NCBI GenBank assembly: GCA_965209055.1
Contig: OZ242374.1
Coordinates: 5,600,001 to 5,664,000 of the forward strand
Reading direction: 5' to 3'
Length of the DNA: 64,000 bases
Origin: Acidobacteriota bacterium
GTDB lineage: Bacteria > Acidobacteriota > UBA6911 > RPQK01 > JAJDTT01
Part shown: piece by piece, positions 1 through 8,255 of the stretch
Numbering within the stretch: the stretch's first letter is position 1
How the letters are laid out: the number at the start of each line of letters is the position of its first letter
The notes under the pieces: generated by a model
The model's input: only the letters and a program-made list of their open reading frames with translations
Database searches by the model: none
Told to the model about the DNA's origin: nothing
Translations under genes and position numbers: made by a program

Positions 1-577
1 CAAAGAACAGGTCTTGAACGTGATCCGGCAACAGCAGGGCAGGAAGCCGGGCCTTCGTATCCAGGCCACGGCCAACGGCACGGCCGAATTCCAATACAGC
101 ATGCAGTTGATCACGGCCGACGAGCAGAGCCCTGAGGACATGGTCATCGACTCCGGAGAGTTCCCGGTGATTCTGGATCCCGGCAGCGCCGAGAATTTGA
201 AGGGGGCTACGGTGGATTTCGAGGACAAGATCCTGAGGAGCGGCTTCAAGTTCCACAATCCCAACAAGCCGACGGTGCCCACGTTGGGCGAAGGACCGAG
301 AGAGGACCTGACAGGACCGGCAATGGAGCGGGTCCAGAGACTGCTGGATACAGAAATCAATCCGGCCATTGCCGCTCACGGGGGACAGGTTCATCTCCTT
401 GGAATTCGCAAAAGCAAGGTCTACCTCTCTTTCGGCGGGGGCTGCCACGGTTGCGGCATGGCGGACGTGACGCTGAAGGAAGGAATCGAGACCCGCATCA
501 AGGAGGTGGTCCCCGAGATCCTGGAGGTCGTGGACACGACCGACCACACTACCGGGGAGAATCCCTACTATTCGTGA
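1..577 (+). CDS. nfuA: Fe-S biogenesis protein NfuA (degenerate A-type carrier domain + NifU-C domain); 5' end lies outside the window
   Basis: Frame is open from the window edge. N-terminal HesB-like region (GLRI...VDF....SGFKF.NPN) and C-terminal INPAIAAHGG...GGGCHGC...TLKEGIE Nfu motif. Confidence 0.9.
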   Translation, partial: KEQVLNVIRQQQGRKPGLRIQATANGTAEFQYSMQLITADEQSPEDMVIDSGEFPVILDPGSAENLKGATVDFEDKILRSGFKFHNPNKPTVPTLGEGPREDLTGPAMERVQRLLDTEINPAIAAHGGQVHLLGIRKSKVYLSFGGGCHGCGMADVTLKEGIETRIKEVVPEILEVVDTTDHTTGENPYYS

Positions 578-664
578 AAGACGTGAAATGGTGCGGGCAA
601 AGACCCGCATTGCACGGAGGCCGCCGTCTCGAAGCCAAGACGACGCACGGCGGCAAATGGGCAC

Positions 665-686
665 TCGGCACGGGCGCCCGTGCCGA
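665..686. repeat. Perfect 22-bp palindrome in the nfuA-SBP intergenic region
   Basis: TCGGCACGGGC GCCCGTGCCGA is its own reverse complement. Confidence 0.7.
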
Positions 687-813
687 ACTCTCCGCTCGGT
701 AACAAGGCGGCCATCCCCTTTGTCCGGGCCGATTGCCGCAAGTCGGTGATATCTGGTATAAATCCTGGTCTTTCGTAAATCCTGGTCTATTCTCACTTGA
801 GGTTGGTTGAGCA

Positions 814-1968
814 ATGAAGAGGAACCTGCTTCCCGTTTTTGGACTGCCCGCCGCGCTGCTGTTGCTGGCCGGTTGCGGAACTCCGAGCAGCCTGCTTTCC
901 ATCAAGAAGGACAAAGTCGTCCTGGTCGCCACGGTTCCCTTCGAGGCGCCGCTCCTCTACCAGACGGGAGGCGAGGGCCTGGTGGGTCCCGAAGCCGAGG
1001 TGGCTGCCAAGATCGTCGAAAAGGTGAATGCCTCCATGGCCGCGGAAGGGGAAACGCCCAACGTGGTCCTGCGCTGGATCATCAGGAGCTACGGATCCCT
1101 GCTTGCCGCCTTGGAGAACGAGGAGGCGCACGCGGTCATCGCGGTGTTCGGCGTCAACGAAGACCGCAAGCGCCGAGTCGATTTCTCCACTCCCGTCTAC
1201 ACCTCCAGTCTGGGTCTGGTCATCAATCCGGTCCGCAAGGACTTGAGGCCGGGCATTCTCTCCACCGCCAAGATCGGCGTGCGGGAGGACACCGAAGTTC
1301 AGAGGTGGGTCAAGAGGCAATTTTCCCAGTCGACCATCACTCCGTTCAAGACCTTGGACGACGCCGTTCTGGCGCTGCGCCGGGGAGAAGTGGATGGTCT
1401 GATCGCCGACCGGTACATGGCCGCATACGCCTTGGCCACGCTGCCGGGATCAAGCCACCTGGAGATTCTGCCGGAAGAGGTCGGACGCGTGGAGTGCGCC
1501 GTAGCGGTCCGGAAAGGCGATCCGGAGATGCTCAAGATCGTGGAAGAGGCCGTCGCCGAAGTCAAACGGGACAAGCTTTACGATAAGTGGCTGGCCGAAC
1601 ACGACGAGGACCGATTGGCGCAGGTCGTGGCACGGCACGGCGAACGGATGAAGAAGGAGTTGGGGCCTCGCAAGATTCGGATCCAGGTTTCCAAGGCCGC
1701 CGGGTATGACTTCGACATCTATAAAATCGCCAACCTGACATTCCAACTGGTCGACCAGCAGTCAGGCAAATCTCACCGCTCGTCCAGGATCCGGTTCCGG
1801 CGGCGCGTGGGCAGTTGCCAGGCCGAGGCGCCTCCGGGTTCCTATGCGTTGAGGCTCGCCAAGTTCAAGTTCCCTCCGTTGGAATTGCAGATCGACAAGG
1901 ACGACGGGGACGAGGTGAACGTGAGCATTCGCATCAGCGGTTCCGGGATCACCCTGCAGAAGAGCTGA
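814..1968 (+). CDS. Lipoprotein, amino-acid-type ABC substrate-binding domain (family 3) with an extra C-terminal beta-rich domain
   Basis: Lipobox LLAGC; PF..P, R...VDFS.P and L..GEVD.LIAD motifs of SBP_bac_3; ~100-aa extension after the SBP domain. Confidence 0.8.
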   Translation: MKRNLLPVFGLPAALLLLAGCGTPSSLLSIKKDKVVLVATVPFEAPLLYQTGGEGLVGPEAEVAAKIVEKVNASMAAEGETPNVVLRWIIRSYGSLLAALENEEAHAVIAVFGVNEDRKRRVDFSTPVYTSSLGLVINPVRKDLRPGILSTAKIGVREDTEVQRWVKRQFSQSTITPFKTLDDAVLALRRGEVDGLIADRYMAAYALATLPGSSHLEILPEEVGRVECAVAVRKGDPEMLKIVEEAVAEVKRDKLYDKWLAEHDEDRLAQVVARHGERMKKELGPRKIRIQVSKAAGYDFDIYKIANLTFQLVDQQSGKSHRSSRIRFRRRVGSCQAEAPPGSYALRLAKFKFPPLELQIDKDDGDEVNVSIRISGSGITLQKS

Positions 1969-2061
1969 AGAAGTTCGTTCGCGGGTTCGCCGCCGTTGTC
2001 TGGAGTTCCCTCCTGCACTTCACTCCCCTCCGGAAAAGCGAACGAGCGGCCCCCTCTCTTC

Positions 2062-2078
2062 TTGAAAATAAAATTCAA
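2062..2078. promoter_or_regulatory. Possible Fur-family operator
   Basis: AT-rich imperfect palindrome TTGAAAATAAAATTCAA in high-GC context, just upstream of the FMN-binding/apbE cluster. Confidence 0.35.
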
Positions 2079-2102
2079 CATCATTAAACTGCCGCCCCCG
2101 AT

Positions 2103-2693
2103 TTGGCGAAATGGGACACGGTGTGGAAAACGGGAACGGAAACCAAGCGGGTCCGGTACGGAATCCGGATGGTATGCCTCTGTTCGACTCTGGTCTTCAC
2201 CGCCTCCTCGATGGGGGTGCTGAGCCGGGAGGAGGCGCTGGCGGCGGCCTATCCTTCTGCCCGGATCCGGTCAGAACGGGTTTTCCTCACCGAGCAACAG
2301 CGCCTTCGGGCAGCGGAACTGGCCCGGGTCGGCATCCCCAGTCCATTGATCGCTCGCTATGTGGCATTCCAGGAAGACCGGGTCGTCGGCCGGGCGTACG
2401 TGGACACTCACGTGGTCCGAACCAAGAAGGAAAGCTTGTTGATCTGCCTTGACGAGTCGGGGAAATTGCAGCGAATCGAGGTGACGGCGTTTCTCGAGCC
2501 GCCCGAATACCTGGCATCGCCGGCTTGGTACGCCCAGTACGCGAGCCGGGAACTCAGCGACGAACTCTCCCTGAACCGGGCCATACGCCCCATCGTCGGA
2601 GCGACCCTGACCGCCTTGGCCGCCAACCAGGCCGTCCGCCGGATCTTGGCCATCGACCAGGTTCTGCAGAAGGAACCGCAGTCCGGAAAATAG
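2103..2693 (+). CDS. Exported FMN-binding (flavinylated) protein; start may be 2121 or 2169
   Basis: IVGATLT matches the [S/T]GA[S/T]-like flavinylation motif; F.EP.EY motif; hydrophobic N-terminus; adjacent to apbE. Confidence 0.8.
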   Translation: MAKWDTVWKTGTETKRVRYGIRMVCLCSTLVFTASSMGVLSREEALAAAYPSARIRSERVFLTEQQRLRAAELARVGIPSPLIARYVAFQEDRVVGRAYVDTHVVRTKKESLLICLDESGKLQRIEVTAFLEPPEYLASPAWYAQYASRELSDELSLNRAIRPIVGATLTALAANQAVRRILAIDQVLQKEPQSGK

Positions 2694-2698
2694 ATGAT

Positions 2699-3009
2699 AT
2701 GAGCCGCTGGGAAGCCTGGTCCTGATCCTGGGCATGATGTATGGGGGCCACATCACGGAAAAGTTGCGCCATCGCACCAAGAGCAACCGGCGCACGGGAA
2801 TCCTGATCCTGGTCAGCTTTCCCCTGATGGTAATCTCGGGATACCTGCTGCAGGTTTTCACCAGCCCCACCCTTTCCATTCCGGCCGTCGTCGTCCACTC
2901 GGCCAGCGGAGCGGTCTTTGCTCTGATCTGCCTCCGGCACCAGTGGGTGACCTCCCGGCTCTGGCTTCGCCGCAGGCGGAGGCGCGAGATCAGGTCTCTT
3001 GCAGCCTGA
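2699..3009 (+). pseudogene. Small His-containing membrane protein (putative cytochrome b-like), frameshifted or internally deleted
   Basis: ATG at 2699 reads MSRWEAWS-stop. The remainder (LVLILGMMYGGH...two TM helices, three His) is in another frame with no earlier in-frame start. Confidence 0.55.
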
Positions 3010-4129
3010 TTCGGGGCCAAAATCCCGGGTGCCGGCGGCTGTCCTTCAACGGCTCCTGGCCACGGCCTTCCTCTGCGGCGCTTCCTCCCTCCCGGCTCTG
3101 GCCGTTCCCGACCTGATTCCCGTGCGGCGGCAAGTGGTCGTGATGGGGACGCTCTGTACCCTGAACGTCTATGCCTCGGACCGCGCTTCCGGAATCGATC
3201 GGTGCGAGGGCTACCTCCGTCTGCTGGAGGAGACGAACCGGCAACTCAGCACCTGGGAGACGGAGAGCGAACTCAGCCGCCTGAACCGTCATCCCATCGG
3301 CGTTCCCTACCCGGTAACTCCGTCGCTCTGCCGCCTCTACGGCGAGCTGATCCAATGGAATCAATGGACCGATTCCGCCTTCGATCCCGCCATCGGCGCC
3401 CTGGCCAATGCCTACCGGAGCCTGTCGACGGACCGGAGCGGTTTTCAAGAGAGGCTGGAGCGGGCCCGGCGATCCTCCGGGATGAGACACCTTGAGTTCC
3501 GCCGAGACGACTGCAGCGTCGTGCGCCGCGCCGAGGTCCTGCTCGATCCGGGAGCGTTCGGCAAGGGCGAGGCTCTGGACCGGGTCCGGCGCCTGGCCGC
3601 GAGCCGGGGAGACCCACCCTGGTTGATCGACCTGGGAGGCCAGATCATGACCTGGGGCACCCCTCCCGGCCAGACGGGCTGGCAGGTGGAAATGGCCGAT
3701 CCGCACCGTCGCAAGGAGGGGGCGCTTTCGGTGCGAGTCATCGGGGGAAGTCTGGCCACGAGCGGCGGGTCGGAACGGGACACCCGTGCGGGAGACCGGC
3801 GAGTGGCGCATATTCTGGATCCCAGGACCGGGATCGGCGCACCCTTTCAGGGCTCGGTGGCGGTTTGGCACCGCCGCGCCCTGGTTGCGGACATTCTGTC
3901 CACCGCCCTCTACGTCATGGGTCCGGAGTCGGGGCTGGCCTGGGCGGAAACGCGGGATCTGGCGGCCTGCTTTCTGGACCGGCCGCAGGTCGACGGAGAG
4001 AGGACGAAACTCCGGGTCCGGGCCACGCGGGCCTTTCGGCAGAGATTCTCCGGGATGAGGATCATGGAATCGCGAGCGTCAGCCGGCCGCTCCCCAGGTT
4101 CCCGACCGAGTCCACGACACGAACCGTGA
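2999..4129 (+). CDS. apbE: FAD:protein FMN transferase ApbE (start possibly 3029)
   Basis: MGT, SELSRLN, AFDP.IG, D.GA.GKG, DLGG, LATSG..ER, HILDPRTG and AD.LSTAL motifs. Confidence 0.95.
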   Translation: MQPDSGPKSRVPAAVLQRLLATAFLCGASSLPALAVPDLIPVRRQVVVMGTLCTLNVYASDRASGIDRCEGYLRLLEETNRQLSTWETESELSRLNRHPIGVPYPVTPSLCRLYGELIQWNQWTDSAFDPAIGALANAYRSLSTDRSGFQERLERARRSSGMRHLEFRRDDCSVVRRAEVLLDPGAFGKGEALDRVRRLAASRGDPPWLIDLGGQIMTWGTPPGQTGWQVEMADPHRRKEGALSVRVIGGSLATSGGSERDTRAGDRRVAHILDPRTGIGAPFQGSVAVWHRRALVADILSTALYVMGPESGLAWAETRDLAACFLDRPQVDGERTKLRVRATRAFRQRFSGMRIMESRASAGRSPGSRPSPRHEP

Positions 4130-6275
4130 CCAGGTGTTCGCCTCGTTCCAGACCGTCGATTTTCAGCCGGTAGCTCTCCTCGGTCCCGTCGGCGATGCCA
4201 TCCTCCGGGAAAATGAGGCGCCAGTTCCCTCCATCCACAGCGTATTCCAACTGGTGGATGGCGCTGGCCACAGTCCGCACCTCAACCTGAATCCGTGCCT
4301 CGGACCCCTCGATCCGGGGCGCTCCCCATTTTATTTCCGGAGCGGAGTTGGCCACGACGAACGGCTTGCTCATCAACTCGCTCTCCAGGGCCCGGTCCAC
4401 CGGATTGGAAGGGGAGTCGGAGACCGTGACCCGTACCACGTAAGTGCCGTCCGGCAAGCTCTTGCCGTCAAGGGTCCGGTAGTTTTCGGTGAGGTCCTTT
4501 TTCAGAAGTGTCCATCTCCGGTCGCCGGCGGTCCGGTAGTGGATGCTGTAAACCAGATCGTCGCCGTTGGGATCCTGAGCACTCCATGACAGGCTCTGTG
4601 CGCCGGGCAGGTACACCCTGCGCGGCGGAGTCTTGACCGCCGGGGACCCCAGACGCCGGATCTCCGACGGCAAGGAACGCCGGTGAGCACCGCCGGGGCC
4701 CCCCGGTGACACCCCTCCTGCAGGATCGGTGGAAGCGTAGCGGACGAAGGCGGCGCCCGGGGGATGCACCGTAATCGACGAGAGCAAGGGCGCCCTGTTG
4801 TGCTGGAGATAGCTGACGCTCACCAAATCCACGGCGTTGGTCTGGGAGACCACGGCCTCGGACCTGCCTTCGGCGGGAAACTCGAGTTTCCATTGAAGAT
4901 ACCGGGTGGGAGGACTCTCGATGCGGGTCCCGCTGGAGTCGGAATAAAGCGGACTCCATTTACCCCAGGTATCGTCGGGGGTATCGGTGTTCCCGGTCCG
5001 GACAGACGCTTTCACGGCCGGTTCGACACCGTCGATCACCTCCCACTGGATGTTGCCCCAGGAGGCGACCATCCCGGCGTCAAAGACTCTGGACTCATAG
5101 ACACCCTTCTCGGTGGGCTTGGTTTTCAACTCGAAGCCCTTGCCCAGATTGCTGGTGGCGGCAAAGAGCCTCCCGCGGCGTTCCAGCAGGCGCGTGACCT
5201 GTTCCTCTCCCGACTCCACCAGGAGGGTCACGAACCTTTTGGGGCTGACGGAGAATATTCGGCCCTTGTCGCCGGTGGCCACCAGCAGATTGCCGTCGTT
5301 GCGGATCAGAAGATCGTACGCCAGGGCGCGGTCGGAACTGTAAAGCGTTTCTACGCCGCCGCTGCGGCCGATCCGGTAGATCTCCAGCCTCTTTCCCGAA
5401 GTCGTCCCCGATACCCGTACGGTGCGGCCTGAAGTCGCGGATGGAGCCGGCCTCGTCCCGGTCTTGGCGGTGGTCTTGGCCGTGCTTTCCGTCTTCAGGG
5501 ATGCAGCCCGGGCGCCCCCTGACAAGGCTGCCGCAAATATGTTTCCGTATCGATCGACCGCGATCGATCTGACCTCCTCCAGCGGCGAGTCGTGGACCAC
5601 GGTGGCCGCGCCGTCCGAGGAAAGGCGAAGGATCAAGGCCCGCGCAGACGTCCCGGCCAGGATATTCCTGTCCAGGTCCCAGGCCAGGCTCACGATGTGG
5701 GTGGTCGGACTGTCGTAGAACTTCCGTCCTTCCCCGTCGGAGCCGACCTTGTAGACGATGCCCCTGGAACCGGTCCCCACATAGACGTTGTCCCGCCGGT
5801 CAATGGCCAGCGACCAGATGTACTTCTCGTCGGGATCGAAGAAGACCTCGGCCTTTCCCGTCAAGTCCAGCCGGTAGACCTTGCCGTCGGGAGCGGTGCC
5901 GGCGTAGACCCGCCCCGCCGAATCCAGCGCCATGGCGTAGACCCCCGGCTCGTCCAACTTGGCCCACTCCTTCGGTTCCCCGTTGGCGGCGATCCGAAAG
6001 AGCTTGCCGTCGTTGCCGGTCCCGAGATAGACGTTGCCCAGCCCGTCGACGGCGGCGGAGTAGACGAACGGCTCTTCGGTATTCAGCAAAGTCTCCAGGG
6101 CGGGGGCGATGATGAGCCGGGCGTCGCTGGTGACGGAGACTCCCCGCAGCTTCCCCTTCAGGAATTCGTCGCGCGTTGCCGACACCCATTTGCGCGGCTG
6201 AACGGCCAATAGAGACTCGCCCCAAAAGAGGAGGCAAAGGAGCGGCAAGAACCGTTTGAACAGACGGAATTTCAT
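4062..6275 (-). CDS. Secreted beta-propeller protein with C-terminal FN3/Ig-like domains
   Basis: Signal peptide MKFRLFKRFLPLLCLLFWGESLLA; repeated A.D..G..Y.GT...GK..R blades; W.AQDPNGDDL.Y FN3-like motif. Start reassigned from 6518 to 6275. Confidence 0.75.
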   Translation of the reverse strand: MKFRLFKRFLPLLCLLFWGESLLAVQPRKWVSATRDEFLKGKLRGVSVTSDARLIIAPALETLLNTEEPFVYSAAVDGLGNVYLGTGNDGKLFRIAANGEPKEWAKLDEPGVYAMALDSAGRVYAGTAPDGKVYRLDLTGKAEVFFDPDEKYIWSLAIDRRDNVYVGTGSRGIVYKVGSDGEGRKFYDSPTTHIVSLAWDLDRNILAGTSARALILRLSSDGAATVVHDSPLEEVRSIAVDRYGNIFAAALSGGARAASLKTESTAKTTAKTGTRPAPSATSGRTVRVSGTTSGKRLEIYRIGRSGGVETLYSSDRALAYDLLIRNDGNLLVATGDKGRIFSVSPKRFVTLLVESGEEQVTRLLERRGRLFAATSNLGKGFELKTKPTEKGVYESRVFDAGMVASWGNIQWEVIDGVEPAVKASVRTGNTDTPDDTWGKWSPLYSDSSGTRIESPPTRYLQWKLEFPAEGRSEAVVSQTNAVDLVSVSYLQHNRAPLLSSITVHPPGAAFVRYASTDPAGGVSPGGPGGAHRRSLPSEIRRLGSPAVKTPPRRVYLPGAQSLSWSAQDPNGDDLVYSIHYRTAGDRRWTLLKKDLTENYRTLDGKSLPDGTYVVRVTVSDSPSNPVDRALESELMSKPFVVANSAPEIKWGAPRIEGSEARIQVEVRTVASAIHQLEYAVDGGNWRLIFPEDGIADGTEESYRLKIDGLERGEHLVTVRVVDSVGNLGSGRLTLAIP

Positions 6276-6306
6276 GTGGGACTCACGAACTCGGGAGCAA
6301 TGCGGG

Positions 6307-8154
6307 CTAACTCTTGACCTCCACCTGGATGACACGTTGGCCTTGGAGGACGTATTCGGTCGCCTGCAGCTCATGCTCCACGTAGACGGCCCGGTCCACT
6401 GCCCGCACGTCTCCCGAAGTCTTCCGAGAGGTATAGAGAGCCAGGAAGGAGGGGGGCAGATCGGAGAGTCTTTCCCCATCCACAACGGTGCTGGGGCGGT
6501 CTCGGAATAGCCGGACATAAAGCCGGTCGTTCTTCTTCAGGTTGTTGATGGCCCTCACCAGTTGGCGCACGTTCTCGGGTATGAATCGGCCCTGGCTCGA
6601 CTCGGCGTCCGACTTGGCGAGAGACAGGCCGTCTCCGATCATGATCTTGAGGGGACCGGGAACGATGTCGTCGGGAATCTTGACGGGAAACTTCTCGACG
6701 ATGGTCTCTCCATTGAACTTTCTGAGAAAGACCGTCAGGTTCACTTCTTCTCCGGGCCGGGCCTCCAGCTTGTCCTGCCAGACCTTCTCCAGAGTCGCCT
6801 CCCAGATCTGCTCCACCGCCTCGATCTCGATGCCGACGCGTTCCACTTCCAGTTGCTCGAACCCGCTGTTGAGCAGCAGGTGAGCCGGCGCCGCAGCCGC
6901 CACCGCAGCCGCGACGGGGTTGTTCGAAGGACGCGCGATGTTGTTCTCGAACACCACCTCGGGATGCTCGGCGATGCTGACGGTGCTCTTGATCCGCAAC
7001 GTCTGATCGCCGAGTCCCTTCTCCGACGAGATCAGGCTGCTGTAGACGGAGAAGGTGAGCAGGAAGGGGGTCAGAAAGCTGTCCCGAATGGTCTCGTAGG
7101 CGTATTCGCGATCCTGGTTCCGGCTGGTCCTGACCTTGAGGTGAACCGGGATCAGGCGGGCCTCGCTCCCGCTCACTCCCATGATGCCGGTGGCCCGGTC
7201 CTGCTTGACGGCCCCCACCAGCCGGGTGGCAGCCGCGACTTTGTGGCTCGTATTCAACTGCGGAATGATCGTCAGGACGGCCGCCTGGTTCATGGGCATG
7301 TCGGTGTATCCCAGATTCAGGAAGGGATGGCCGAACGCATAGATCTTGTTCCCGCTGATATGGGTGACGGTTCCGCTGGCGCTGAGGCTGACGTCGCCGC
7401 GGGCCAACTCGACGCTGATGCTGGAACCCGGTTCCAATGGAGCCTGGGAGAAGTCGCTGGTCTTGCCGCCGCCGGCCCCTTGCACCGGCACCAGGCCCAA
7501 GCGGCGGAACGTCTCGCGAAAGGTGTCCACCGCCGTCGCCGAGAATCCGGATGTATTGACGGGAGTAGCGATGCGGGTCAGGCGAAAAGGTGAGACGCTG
7601 GCCAAACTTGGCAGTTCGGCCTCGAATTCCAGGGGCGCGAACGGGGGTAGATAGTCGGGAAGCTTCAGTTGCGCCGACTCCAGCAGTATGTCGGTCCGGG
7701 GCCGTTCGGGAGCGGGGGGCGCCCCAAGCCGGTGGATCTCCTTGAAGACATCGACGGTCTCCTGAATCGGAGTCACTCCCGCGATGGGTTCCTTGGCAAA
7801 GGGAAACGAGTAGGCGATGGCGCCGACCAGCTTGTCTTCGATGTAGACCGGGCTGCCGCTCATTCCGGCGAACACACCGGTCCGATCCAACTGGCCTCCC
7901 GAGACCCGCACCAGAATCAGGTTTCTTCTGGGCTCGAACTTTTCCAGGACGCCCAGAATCTCGACGTCGAACTTCTCGACCTTGTTGCCTTGGAAAACGG
8001 TCTTTCCGTAGCCCCTCTGGCCGGGCCTCACTTCCTCCAGAGGATAGAGATCAGTAGATTGTGCGACGGCCGGGCCGGCCAGGAGAATCCCTGCCAGCAA
8101 GCTTTGCAGGATGGCCGCGCGGCCCCGTCCTCCGAATGATCCTTTCATCCCCAT
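6307..8154 (-). CDS. SpoIVB-like peptidase S55 domain protein
   Basis: GVFAGMSGSPVY...KLVGA serine-nucleophile motif and AFGHPF His motif; signal peptide. Start reassigned from 8235. Confidence 0.85.
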   Translation of the reverse strand: MGMKGSFGGRGRAAILQSLLAGILLAGPAVAQSTDLYPLEEVRPGQRGYGKTVFQGNKVEKFDVEILGVLEKFEPRRNLILVRVSGGQLDRTGVFAGMSGSPVYIEDKLVGAIAYSFPFAKEPIAGVTPIQETVDVFKEIHRLGAPPAPERPRTDILLESAQLKLPDYLPPFAPLEFEAELPSLASVSPFRLTRIATPVNTSGFSATAVDTFRETFRRLGLVPVQGAGGGKTSDFSQAPLEPGSSISVELARGDVSLSASGTVTHISGNKIYAFGHPFLNLGYTDMPMNQAAVLTIIPQLNTSHKVAAATRLVGAVKQDRATGIMGVSGSEARLIPVHLKVRTSRNQDREYAYETIRDSFLTPFLLTFSVYSSLISSEKGLGDQTLRIKSTVSIAEHPEVVFENNIARPSNNPVAAAVAAAAPAHLLLNSGFEQLEVERVGIEIEAVEQIWEATLEKVWQDKLEARPGEEVNLTVFLRKFNGETIVEKFPVKIPDDIVPGPLKIMIGDGLSLAKSDAESSQGRFIPENVRQLVRAINNLKKNDRLYVRLFRDRPSTVVDGERLSDLPPSFLALYTSRKTSGDVRAVDRAVYVEHELQATEYVLQGQRVIQVEVKS

Positions 8155-8255
8155 GGTCACGTCGAATCCGAGAGGCAGACACGCATGCGGGCGGACGCCG
8201 AAGGATGCCCGCTTGTCAGGGTCGGCGGTCATCATAGCACAGGTTAAGAGGGGTC

